NCBI GenBank assembly: GCA_964016885.1
Contig: OZ024748.1
Coordinates: 57,846,001-57,910,000, forward strand
DNA from: Eledone cirrhosa
Lineage: Eukaryota
Direction of reading: 5' to 3'
DNA: 64,000 nucleotides
In this document: positions 45,042 through 58,200 of the stretch, piece after piece
How the letters are laid out: the number at the start of each line of letters is the position of its first letter
Numbering within the stretch: the first letter of the stretch is position 1
Notes under the pieces: generated by a model
What the model was told of the DNA's origin: nothing
Seen by the model: the letters and a program-made list of their open reading frames with translations, nothing else
Database searches by the model: none
Translations under genes and position numbers: made by a program

Positions 45042-47007
45042 GAATATACTTTCTTTATTTTCAAATGTGTTCTGAACAAGAATGATGTTGAGCAAAGATA
45101 TTACCTCGTTTCACTGATTATGCTATCCATGATAATATGGAGACATCGTGACTAAATTTTTAAGAATCTCCCATCATACATTCCAAGCCCAGTATATTAG
45201 AAAGACCTAGTAACGTATTCAATGTATTTTCATTAAATCGTATCAAACACGTGTCTCACAAACTATGTTCTGTTTCAAAGAATTCGAACTCCCAATGTGT
45301 TATTTGCTATATAATATATAAACAAGCTACCGTATTGTAACTATGATTAACATTATTTACTTGAGCGACCACACATACACACATATGTACATATATATTT
45401 ATATATACACAGATATATGTACATATATATACACACACATATATAGATATACACACACATATATGTACATATATATATATATACACATATATGTACATAT
45501 ATACATATACACACATATATGTACATATATATATATACACACATACATGTACATATATATATATATAGTTAAAAGAATAGAGGTGTAACACACAAGTTTA
45601 TATTGGTAAGCGGAATAGAAAATGCTGACAAATTGTTCACAGTTGAAAAATGGTTTAATTAGGAATAAAAGAGTATTAGTGATTGTATGGGTTAGTATTC
45701 AGGTGTGGTTTTAAGTTTTTTGGGTTCTTACCGGTTGCGCATTTCTAAATGCTTTTCAAAAATAATTTTGAGATAGAGTGTCCGTGCTGTTTGCTCTGAT
45801 CTGATTAGTTTTGGGAATTCTACCTGTTTTTATGTTAAAAAAGTGGCTCCAGCAAAAATTCTTGGTCAAAACAATTTTGATTGGTCGGTAGAGGTCATGT
45901 GGATAAAAAATTGGTTTTGCGCCAAGATTGAGAAATGACTCTATATATATATATACACATATATATATACACACACACATGCATATATGTATACACACAC
46001 ATACACACACACATATGTACACACACACACACATATATGTGTGTGTGTATGTATATATGTACGCTATGTGTATGCATATATAGGTACGTATATTTATATA
46101 TAGGTGTGTGCCTGTGAATATATGTGCATAAATGTATGAATATAGTAAAGCAATTTACTATATAATCATGTAACTATGTTATTCATAATCCTTCTTATCA
46201 ATGTGGATAAACTTGAAATATAGTCATTACTATCCGGCGGTGAACTTCTTCAAATTTATGATATCACCAATTATTATGTTCGAGACAGGAAATAGCCTGA
46301 AGTAGCAATTTATAAGGAATATATATCGATCGCTCGAGGCAATAATGGAACATTTCGGTGATTGATATATATAATATCTATATAAAAATCTTACACATAC
46401 GTATTAATGAGTTCAACTTAACTATTAAAAGTGCAGTTTGTATCTTAAGAGTCTCATACTTCCCCTGAAATTAAATTTAGATTTTCTAAAATTATACGCA
46501 GCCTATTGTGATTTTGTGTAGAGAATATTAATTATCCAATGGTTATATGGGACCCCATATTGGTATGATGTTAAGACAGGAAATTGTGTTGAATATGTAA
46601 GCACCGTCATACAGATACATCTAATATTTAACACGATAATTATATTCTAAGAGTTTATGTATAATCACGTGCAAGATTGTCACAAGTGCAGGTAACTTCA
46701 TAAAGACACTTGAACTCTGTAGATGGAATTATTATGAAATTACAACTTAGTGCATACGGTGTCAGATATAGTGAATAAATGAGAAAAGATAGTGAAATAC
46801 TGTGTATTTAATAGTCATTTTTAAGAAATAGTTAACTGATGTTTTACCAAGAACTCATTGATAATGTGATACTTGACTACTGACAAATGACCCCATTATA
46901 TGAACTGCAGCGGTATAGCTGGCTTCATGACATTGACTATTGTATATTAAATCTGGCGGCACACATTGCTTTCCAGGTCAGTCTATATATATATAGAGAG
47001 AGGTATT

Positions 47008-47146
47008 GGTGGCGAAATGGCTGAGGCGTTAGAGCGTTGAATTTAATGTTCGGTGCTGTTCGTAGCATATCACCGTCCTTTGATTTCAAATTGTGACGAT
47101 GTCAACATTGTCTTTCATCATTTCAAGGTCTATAAAATAAGTAACG
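47008..47146 (+). mobile_element. Highly diverged MetaSINE-type SINE
   Basis: A-box-like TGGCTGAGGCGTTAG, B-box-like GATTTCAAAT and GTCTTTCATCATTTCAAGGTCTATAAAATAAGTA. Confidence 0.55.
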
Positions 47147-47384
47147 CCCCAGGAAAAATGTCGATTTCTTCTGTATATTTACTTGCTCTCTCAGTCTCTC
47201 TCTTTGTCCCTATTTTTCTCTGTATCTCTCTATATCTCTCTCCCTCTACCGTTGTCTCTCATTCTCTAGAATTGGTTTTGTATAATACTGGAAAGGGATC
47301 GCGTCTGCGAGGTACAGCATACAGAGGAAACGTGATATATACCTATTAGTAATAAATACATAGATATTACTAAATATGTATAAC

Positions 47385-47568
47385 TGTTTCTACTTTAGCC
47401 ACAAGGCCAGCAATTACCCAGTGCGTTACTTGTACTTTATTTTATCGACCCCGTAAGGATGAAAGGCAAAGTCAATCTAGGCGGGATTTGAACTCAGATT
47501 GTGAAGGGACGTAACTATGCTGGAAAGCATGGCGTCCGACCCTCTACCGATACTGCCAATCCACCGCC
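47385..47568 (-). mobile_element. tRNA-derived SINE (MetaSINE-type) with 19-bp target-site duplication
   Basis: Full-length copy. ATTACTAAATATGTATAAC (47366-47384) and ATTACTAAATATATATAAC (47569-47587) flank it. Confidence 0.9.
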
Positions 47569-48054
47569 ATTACTAAATATATATAACGTTATACTTAATG
47601 TATAAAGTGTTAAAAGAAAAAACGTAATTGAACCATTTTAAATAATGGAGCAGTGTATATCCTAAAACTGTATTCTTCATTTATTCCAACTCACACATTT
47701 ATGTGAGTGACTGTCTATTGCCGCGGGGATTTTGCATTTTAGCAACTAAGAGGAAAATATCACTTAATTAAGAATTATTTTGGGTGCAACATTCAGTACA
47801 TTTCACACTGTAAATTACTTTTTATGTATTTTAATGTTTCATTCTCATAGAACAGTTCATTAATTAACTGATATAAACAAGGTGTCGTAAATTTCAAATT
47901 CTTCCAATTATATATATATATATATATGTGTATCCATGTGCACCATGTATATAATATATATATAGATAGATAGATAATTTGTATGTGCATATATCTATCT
48001 ACACACACGCACGCACGCACGCACGCATGCACGCATGCACGCACGCACGCACGC

Positions 48055-48085
<31 letters not shown>

Positions 48086-48176
48086 ATATTATGTATACTC
48101 CAGTCCTACAAACTGTTGAGTGCTTCTTATCCGATATCTGCATTGCTTGATTGTACTACAATAAAACTCACCTCCT

Positions 48177-48222
<46 letters not shown>

Positions 48223-48348
48223 TGTATGTGTGTGCGTGTATATATATTTGTATGAATATATATATATAACGAAGGAAATGTGGTAAGGAACCAGATGAGC
48301 CATAACGCACCAAAGTACTCAATACTTAAGGTAGTAGAGTTGGTAATT

Positions 48349-48461
48349 GGAACGAGTAGGACCCCGATGGCTGAGCTCAAGCCGTTTCGACGGCTAATTC
48401 TGGAGTAAACGAACATTTTTATCCTGGTACATGAATAGCCGAGCTTCTCAGGGGTAATTCC
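48349..48461 (-). ncRNA. Variant-core type I hammerhead motif (left arm; triplet mutated to AUC)
   Basis: Minus strand: ACCC-CUGAGAA-gcu CGGCUA UUC...GAA u UAGCCG uc-GAAAC-GGCU ugagcuc AGCC-AUC-GGGGU. Confidence 0.55.
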
Positions 48462-50257
48462 ATATATGGTAAAAGTGATTGTCACAAGGATTGGTCAAAA
48501 GTTTGTTGTTGAGACACATAATTCTATCATGGCATTTTGTGGAAGGAAGGGGTAGCTGAACTTGCCAGTAGAAGAAAGAGGGAGAGGGAGTGGAGGAAAC
48601 CCAGTCGTGCGTTGATAGTGCCAACTACAGCAGGATCCTAAGGATAAGAGGTCAAGAGAAGTATACTAGGGAGGAGGAGGGGAGGAAGTCGAAACAATAA
48701 GTAAATCAATATGGAGTAAATATATAGAAGAATAATAAGAATGTTAAAATATTTAAAATAAAACAATTTCTGGTTACTATTCCCCTACCACAATTATCAA
48801 GTCTCTCACTGGTACTGCCAAACTATAGAAACATTTAATAGGTGGGACGGAATACTAAATACGAGATTGTAGTGAAAGAATGTTATGAGTTAGTAGTAAT
48901 CGTCCAAATCTATCTTACAGTGACAGGTCAACAAGTAGTGGGCCAAAATACTAAAGAAACTACTACGAAATAATAATTCAGAGTCCCGAAACTAATACGA
49001 AATAATAATTCAGAATCCCGAAAATGAATACTAATACGATATATAAGAGTACCGCTACAATACATAAATTCTAATACAAACTACATAAATGCTCGCACGA
49101 TATATATGAAAAATTAAACATCGAAATATTAAATCAGAATCCCCCCCCCCCAATAAATATTGATATACGAGAAACTAAAGCAGAGATACCACTAAGAAAT
49201 ATAGAAAACACGGAAATGGGGCAGCAATCAGATAAGAAAGCAAGTATCTGGGGTCTATCACATCAGCTATAAAAAGCGGAGTCAGCCAATTCTATCATAG
49301 AATAGGGGATAGGGTGGGGGTACTGAGGCTACAAAGGACCGAAGGGCTGGCTCGGGGTGGGCGAGAAACTGAAAAGGACGACGACAAAGAAGGAGAACTG
49401 GGGTGGAAGGACTAGGAAGGGATGGGGGAGAAGAAGGAAATTTAGAGGAAACGATAACAAATATATAAGAAAATCTTACGTCTACCTTTGCAAGCAGGGG
49501 TTACCCATTACAAAGTCGGCAAGTGGGGTGTTACAGCCCTTGTCTACCCACCTCCCCCGGGTCATTATGGATTTGAGGGCGAGGTAAGTCCTACGCAATC
49601 TGTGTTTAATTTTTCATATATATCGTACGAGCATTTATGTAGTTTGTATTAGAATTTATGTATTGTAGCGGTACTCTTATATATCGTATTAGTATTCATT
49701 TTCGGGATTCTGAATTATTATTTCGTATTAGTTTCAGGTCTATGAATTATTATTTCGTAGTAGTTTCTTTAGTATTTTGGCCCCCTACTTGTTGACCTGT
49801 CACTGTAAGATAGATTTGGACGATTACTACTAACTCATAACATTCTTTCACTACAATCTCGTATTTAGTATTCCGTCCCACCTATTAAATGTTTCTATAG
49901 TTTGGCAGTACCAGTGAGAGACTTGATAATTTTGGTAGGGGAATAGTAACCAGAAATTGTTTTATTTTTTATATTTTTAACATTCTTATTATTCTTCTAT
50001 ATATTTACTTCATATTGATTTACTTATTGTTTCGACTTCCTCCTCCTCCCTAGTATACTTCTCTTGACCTCTTATCCTTAGGATCCTGCTGTAGTTGGCA
50101 CTATCAACGCACGACTGGGTTTCCTCCACTCTCTCTCCCTCTTTCTTCTACTGGCAGGTTCAGCTACCCCTTCCTTCCACAAAATGCCATGATAGAATTA
50201 TGTGTCTCAACAACACACTTTTGACCAATCATTGTGACAATCACTTTTACCATATAT

Positions 50258-50370
50258 GGAATTACCCCCTGAGAAGCTCGGGTATTTATGTATCAAGATA
50301 AAAATGTTTAATTTAGTCCATAATTAGCCGTCGAAACGGCTTGAGCTCAGCCGTCGGGGTTCTACTCGTT

Positions 50371-50372
<2 letters not shown>
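50258..50372 (+). ncRNA. Variant-core type I hammerhead motif (right arm)
   Basis: GGAA tt ACCCC-CTGAGAA-long helix II-GAA-ACGGCT tgagctc AGCCGT-C^-GGGGT tctactcg TTCC. Helix I is ACCCC/GGGGU plus GGAA/UUCC, helix III is 6 bp and the GUC triplet is at 50353-50355. The core is CUGAGAA instead of CUGANGA. Confidence 0.65.
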
Positions 50373-50413
<41 letters not shown>

Positions 50414-50741
50414 TTATATATAATTGTGTGTGTGTGTATTTACATACATACATAGCGAAATATAAACAGGGAAGTGGGTAGCATGATGGAAACGTGTTAG
50501 AGTGCGAATAAAAGTAGGTGCATAATGTTTTGGATTATTGTTTGAAGTCGAGTGTTCAGTAGTGAAATATATCAGAATTCAGGCTGGAAAAATCAGAAGT
50601 ATTTTCTATAATACTCATAAAAATGTATCTCTCGCTGTAGGGCAAATACAAATTAAGAAAATCAAATTCACACTTTTTCTATGTTCTGTCTAATAAATTG
50701 TTCAAAATCGATTATATCAAAGCATAGCCATCAACAATGCT

Positions 50742-50939
50742 TTCTGATTTAAACAAAAGGCCAACCATGTGTTGGTGTAGTGGGAATCAATTAAATCAAG
50801 CCTAATACCTTACTGTTGCTTTATTTTATCGACCTCGTATTGATGAAATGCAAAGCTAACCTCGGTGCGATTTGAACTCGGAATATAAAGAGCCGCAACT
50901 CTAGTAAGACGCTCTACTGATACTGCCAATTCACCGCCT
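50742..50939 (-). mobile_element. Older MetaSINE-type SINE subfamily
   Basis: TTTTATCGACCTCGTATTGATGAAATGC, GATTTGAACTC, GATACTGCCAATTCACCGCC. Confidence 0.75.
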
Positions 50940-53900
50940 TTATAGCTATTTATAATAAATGAGGGTTAAAAAATGAAATATATTAGACATCAATATTTCA
51001 GAAGAGGTGTAAAGACATACAATACATGGCCAAGTAGATAGAATATATTGTTTGAGATATTATACTAATTGACATTTTGTTTCTCTGTTTAAATATTTAT
51101 TTGTTAGACGTAGATTAAACATGAAAAATATGTGGGAACGCATCTCCTTTGAATTTCATATGTGTACATATATTGCATGCAATGTAATTTTTTAATCTCA
51201 TAATTCTATGTACTTTATTAATTCTAAAATATTGCAATAAAGCGTTTACAAATTAATCTGTCAAGATAGACGTTATTCGAATGAACAGATGTTTACAAAT
51301 TTAATCATATCGTTGAAGTACAATATTTGATAATAATAAAATATTACAATTCTATAGATTGTTTATTCAGAATTGTGTACTGTTTCCGATAAGAGTGAAA
51401 TTGGTTTAGAACTAAATTGCAGCAATTTTCATCTAGAGGAGTTAATCTTCGTTTATGATATTGGCTGCAATGAGTGAGGATTTAGATATATTCCCCCGAG
51501 TTATGCCCTGATAATCCCGGGAAAGAACAGCCATTATTATATGTATATAAGATATGAATGAAATTGTTAACTGATTAAATTAAACTAAATCACAACATGG
51601 ATATTTCGTATATTCTAAGAACTGCCTGATGTTCTCCATCAAACGTTAACCAATATCATTCTAAGCCTACTCCTTTCAGAATATCCAATTAACTTGATTA
51701 ATACCAGCTGTAAGGAGCCACACTATATTTTATGCATTCGTATTTAACATCTATCGATGCGTATACCTCGGACCTCTTCCAACTGTGTTTCTAAATACTA
51801 TCACATATAGAAATTCTATAAAAGTGTGTCTTGTGTAGAAAATGATTTATAAGAAACCCATATCGTTAAAAAGCACTTTCCAATATTCCCTTTGCTAAAA
51901 TTCCTTTCAACATCATTTCCTCCCTTAACATGTGTATTTCGAGAACATCTTAAACCAACCTATGCAGAACGATTCTGTTTAGACCACGTGTAACTTTGCC
52001 TAATAATTATATACCAAAACCCTAATAAACCTCATAAGCACAAATTTGGCGATACTGAATCACTTACGAAAATCGGTTGAAAGGTTCATACACTGACCAT
52101 GAATGATTGATGTTAGAGTTGTGAAATCTTGCATATATTATTTGCAACCCATCTTATAAATAACTTCATTGTATCTTTCCAGGGGCTATGTTGTAAAATA
52201 AACCTCAACTTGGTCAGCCTAACCTCATAAATGAAAATCAACTGAATCGTAAATATATTTCTAAGATTATTTAGTTCGCTAATCTAGTATAAAATGCGAA
52301 TCATGATTTGTATAAACATCCACCAACAGTTGTTAAAAGTTATTTAATCTTTTTGGACGAGTAATATTATTAAAGGAATAGCACACAATAAGATCAATAC
52401 TTTTTTGTTTCAAGTAAAATATTTTTCGAATAATTAAGAATGTGTAAGATAGTTTTAAAATGGTAATGTTATAAGCTTGTATGCTTTCATTTCAAACGTA
52501 TTTTGATAATACCATAAATCGGAAAATAAATAGTCATATTCCAAATGAGATGTCCATTATAACATAGTTAGGATTCGAGGATTTATACTAAATTCCACCT
52601 CAGATTAAATTATTAATTTGTTTCACGCCACGAAATGCGGATCTCATATTATTGTAAAATTTGCCAATTCAATAAGTGACTAGAAATTATTTCACGTATG
52701 TAACATTAAGATTTCATTTCGTTTGCCAACTGTTTTTATAGGAGAAGGTGCGTGGTTAAATTGTTAGGTTCAGCAGGCACCTGCCACCGATTTGTTTCTG
52801 CACTTTGTGTCATTCGACCAGTCAAGTTTTTTCACATTCCTGCAGTTCTGTTATGTAGATTCTAATTCAAGGCCCCTCCCGTAAAATTGTCCGTTTTATC
52901 TTCAGTCACTTGCACGTTAAGGCCATGAGTAGACTACTTAGTTGATCGAATCAACTGCAACTCGTATCGCTCAACCGAGTGAAGGACAGCACTCAGTCAT
53001 ACCAGAAAAAGCAGGACCCATCACATATTTAGTATCCTCTATCATTGATATTTTCATAAACCCTTTAGACTGCGGTGTTGTTTCAAATATGCTTGTGTTT
53101 TATGCTCTATTGTCAATAGGCATATTTGGAGAAACAACTATCGAACTACGCTTAATGTTTGTTTTAGGTGATCCGCGGATTTAGAGGCAAGTGAACGTTG
53201 CTGTACAGGAAATATCTATATCAATGTGATATTTAGAAAATTCTTCGAATATCATTTATTAATTTTCAAATATGCGACATATTTATCATCTAAATACTTA
53301 ATTCGAAAATAATTTCATTATATATTAATTCCACTAAACGAGTCCAAAGGTGAACTATCGAAACTAATGAAAAATGCTCCACAAATAGATATATATATTA
53401 CATTAACATTGTAGACCGAAACATTTAGTATTTGATTGCAAATTGATTACAATGACAATCAATCGATCATAATTTCTACTCTCGCTTCGAATCATAAACT
53501 AGTTTGATTCAGCTTAATGATTGTGCAGCTATAAAATAATATAACTGAAAATAATTATATTAGTAACCACTTTTCAGGTAAATTGAAAAATATAAAAACC
53601 GAATATATTTTATGTTGATTTACACACAATTACTGAATATGCTGTTTTTTATTTTTTTTTTTTTTACCAGGTGATATTAGGACTTCTGTATTTACAATTC
53701 CTCCTATCCGTTTCAGGTCAATACATTTGTAAATTATCGGTTAAACAATTATTGATTGTTCACAAACTCTCACACTGATAATGTGATAGAAACTGTATCG
53801 CCACAAGTTAATGGATGATACATTTCTTTATCGCGATATGAAGCATGAAATAGAAAGATCACTCCGCCTCCGGATTTGAAATAACAAACAATAATATATT

Positions 53901-54313
53901 GCAAACCGCAGTAATTGACATTTGTGTTGCGTTAAAGAGAATGAGTAAAATAATATATCGACATACAAACAGAGATATATCGACATACAAGCAATGATAT
54001 ATTTTGGAGTTTTGTCAAACAATATCTGTTTCTACTTATTAATGCTTGTCCACCTTTTATATAATTTGTGCGGTTATAAGATTTTAAAGAAATGTCTGCA
54101 GTATATAATATTTAAATGAGTGTAAGCTGAAATATTTTATGACAGATTTCAGCTAATATTTTAAGCTTATCTAGCGTGATTAACATTATCCGATTTATGG
54201 AAGTTTTTTCCTCGTTCTCAGCATTCTCATGCAGAAATGTCTTGTTACTGTGACAGATAACAATGCAATAAAAATTACCACTATTTTGGCAACACGCAAA
54301 CCAGTATACACAA

Positions 54314-54364
<51 letters not shown>

Positions 54365-55078
54365 GGTAACACAAAAGTTAATTCACCATACCGAGAACAA
54401 TTGTTTCACCATAGCGGATCCGCAGCTCCAAAATTAAGAAAAGTCGACATATTTGACCTGACATTTCATTTTAAAACATATATATATATATTAAAAAAGT
54501 GAAATGACAGGAGGCCAAATATCACTAAGTATCGATTACTCTTCAGCGATACAGTCTTCATTTTCATACTTACTAGACTTAATAGATACGTTACGAATGA
54601 CGTGCACTTGCATAATCACGCCAGGAGACAATCACCTAGCGGGTGGTATATCTGCGCATACAGCTATGCATTATAAATAGTCTCATAATAGAGTGTTTAA
54701 TCAGTGGACCCTGTAAGTGTGTGAATCTTGCAAACTCCCATTTGGTTAGCATGCTGCACCAGCGTTATTGGCACCATATAACGGACTTCTCTTTAAAATA
54801 ATTGTTTCTACGTTTGGCACAAAATAATATGACCTGTAATTCTTCCTGATATTAGTGAATTGTGATTTTAAACTTTAGCTCCTACTTTCTAGGCAACTAA
54901 TTGAATTAACTGATCCATAACATTATTCCAAATCATTTTCGATATATATCGATCAGGCGTTTGATTGAGCGTAACCTTTCCAGCAAATGAAAATTCTATG
55001 AATGTTTGCAGTTGGAATTAGTTTGCCTATGTGTAATCAGCTTAGTAGGTGTTTTATTTGCAGCATGCAGTTACAGAG

Positions 55079-55267
55079 ATAATTGTTTCTACTTTAGGCA
55101 CAAGGCCTGCAATTACCCAGTACATTACTGGTACTTTATTTTATCGACCCCGTAAGGATGAAAGGCAAAGTTAACCTCGGCGGGATTTGAACTCAGACTG
55201 TAAAGGGACGTAAGTATGCTAGAAAGCATGGCGTCCAACCCTCTACCGATACTGCCAATTCACCGCC
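55079..55267 (-). mobile_element. tRNA-derived SINE (MetaSINE-type), full length
   Basis: Near-consensus copy with A box, B box, Meta-like domain and tail. Confidence 0.9.
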
Positions 55268-58200
55268 CTATGTTCTCCAGTCACGGTGAAATCTAATAGA
55301 AATTGGTTATGGTAATTATAATTATCCACGTTATATAATTATGTATTAGTCCAGATAACCATGTAGTTAAAGCGTTATATCTGAATATACGATGTTCCAT
55401 TAAATACTGGTGGACTCGTTGAAGCATCGTCATGATACAGGGCGTGTCATAACCATTTTTATCCTGGCATAACCCGCAAATCTTTTCGTTTTGACACACC
55501 ATATTTCTAATAGAGAAAGAATGTGTGAAACTGAAATCCACTGAGAGAGCTTACTGATGTATCACCCCCGTATTTAACTGGTACTTCATTTATCAATGTC
55601 ACAAAGCTGAAATGCAGAATAAATTCTGGCACGCTAACATCTCCCGCAATGCACTGTCTTATTTGAATATTAATAAACTGTAACGTAAGGATGAAATAGA
55701 AACCAGTCAAACAGTATTATGTTTGCACATAGCACAAGATGATTTATCCTGAAAATTAGTAATTGGAAGTGATGTAGAAATGGAACGAGAAATATCACAA
55801 TCATTTGGATTCTATATACTCCACGTGAAATATGTATGCACATATTTACTAAGTCGTAGATGAATCTTTATTATATATATATATACATTTATTTCAGTAC
55901 TATTAATATAATTGGTATCAGTGGCTGTCTGGGTCTAAAAACATTGATTGCTAGGAGTTAAAGGTGGCCCACACACATACAGAATGCTATCATTTCATTT
56001 TGGTAATGAATAAATAAGATTTTCCAAAAATACGTAAGTGAAAGCTAACTAGTACAAGCAAACTTTTGAGGAAAATGTAATTTGTTTACTAATTATAGTG
56101 TATATATATACAGGACATATTACTGGCAGTAAACAGTAATACGAAATGTTAATACAAAATGTTATAATTGGAGTTTTTGAATAATCGTGAATGTATAGTA
56201 TACTGTTATTTAGATTAGAGTACACAAGTGATCGTTCTTACTTTCTCCAATATAAAATGTAAAGTACATTGTGAAATGTACATATCCAGAGGATTTCCAT
56301 AATGACCTTTGATCTTTCACATTCAGTCAATATATGTATCCGGGAGTGTGTGTATGCGTGTAGATATACATGTGTATATATAGATTTATATATATGTATA
56401 CATACATGTTGTCAACTTGTACAAACATGTTTTGGCGACTCATTCTGCCTAGGGACATTAGACTGAAGAACTGACAACTAATTGATTTTACATATATCTT
56501 TAACCCATTGATTCATATATTTTAGTTTCTATTAATTCCCTAGGGAATTGTTTGACCAAATGCTTTGCATATTTGTTTATTTATTTAATTATTCTTCCTC
56601 TGACTTCTTTTAAAGATATTTCATTAAAGCAACGCATTGGACACTAAATACTACGGTGGAAGCCTGCAAGGTTTCCAAGGTCCCTCTGGGGCCCACTTGC
56701 CATTTAGCAAATAGGCCAGTCCGCCACTGGTTGGTGGTTTATATAATAAGTCCATCCGTTATGTATTATCTTGCGGGTTTTACGATAGTATGTTCTGCGA
56801 GATCATAAAACAAATCTCTATCTTAGCCTAGGAAACTAATGCAGGATGCGTCAATATTTTAGGGTTAGCAGCTAAATCACTGATTCACCCCCCACATTCG
56901 TAACACAAACTGTATTGGGGAGTAAGAGCTCTGAAAAAAAAAATTATTATGAGATTGCCAGAAAAAGAGCGCCAGTATTCATAAATATCTCACAGCCTGG
57001 ACTGTCTTAAATAAAATAATTTAATATAAAAAATAATATAATTGTTACATAGAACCCAAGTTGTACGGCAGTTTAATAACATTTTGCCCAGCCATTTTGT
57101 ATTCAGAGATGACAGTAGGTAACTGAATTTACTAATGGAATTTAAATAATGCAATTTAGGAGACATTACACAACACGTTCTTGCGGCAGTGATGAATGGG
57201 CATTCATATGTTAAAAGATAATAGAGACTGAGATTCATATTGGGAGATGTTTTTTATGGCTTCAATGGAGGTCTTTTCTAAAGAAACCTAATATTTACGT
57301 ACATCAGACAGACATTTATATACTTGAAATGAAATTATCACGCAGTGTACATAATTAAATAACTTCTAAGCTAAAATTACATTATACAAACGCTCACACA
57401 CACACGCACACGCACACGCACACGCATACGCACACATCCATCCACATGCACATACCCCCCCCCCCCCTACACACACACTCACAACAGCTAAGTATCTCTC
57501 TGTATGAAATCATGCATGTATATATATATTGAAAACCCTGGCCAATGGAGGGCAGCGTGTGCCCGTGAACCAGCCAATGATTTGTTCATCAAAATCTGAC
57601 GAAATGAAATATTAAGTTCGATGCGTATATCTCCAAACCTAATATCGATAATCTGCGCCTGCATCAATTTGTGAACTCCACACTGAAGTAAATTGGATGT
57701 AAATTTTATCGAATGCAATATTTAACGGATCCATAATGATCTTGGCTCGTCTAATTCCAATCTGATGAAAACATATTGCTACGTTTACTGAACAACAGAT
57801 TCGTATAAATATTTCTATTGTAAAGCGTTGTATTGCCGTATGAGTCTATGCGTCCAGTTTATTTCTAAATGTGCATATGAGGAAATAAGTATGTTCTACG
57901 TTATTTATGTGGAGAAACTGCACACCTAGCATTCTGAATGGTCCGATTGTCCGTAAAAGCATAAGTTACGAGGGCGACACAGGAATTAAATACGACTAGC
58001 CATCGAAAAATAATTATTGGTATAATTAACAATCGAATTATCAGCAAATCGTGTGTTACAGAAAAGTTTGTTTAACGGAACATATTACTATAATTATGTT
58101 CCACATAAATGACTGATTTCCGATTATTTTCTCATTTTCGTAAACCAGTCTGAGTTTTAGTGGAAGAGAGTACTGTGTTGGGTTTCTGGTTCCGGTCACT

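Larger units (their letters stand above)
48268..50372. mobile_element. 2.1-kb foldback element in (TA)n: ~770-bp inverted arms, ~480-bp spacer, ~80-bp extra left tail, HHR motifs at the arm tips
   Basis: 48349-49120 is the near reverse complement of 49603-50372. The spacer is 49121-49602 and the tail 48268-48348. TA runs lie on both sides and there is no credible ORF. Confidence 0.9.

Noticed and set aside
48268-50372. DIRS-type tyrosine-recombinase element (inverted repeats plus terminal extension)
   Set aside because: I saw no internal complementary region matching the termini in the spacer and no RT or YR coding remnant.
55293-55710. Possible minus-strand exons (pyrimidine tract-AG near 55508, GTAAGC near 55553)
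   Set aside because: The implied intron is under 50 nt and the peptides match nothing I recognise. It needs RNA-seq or BLASTX.
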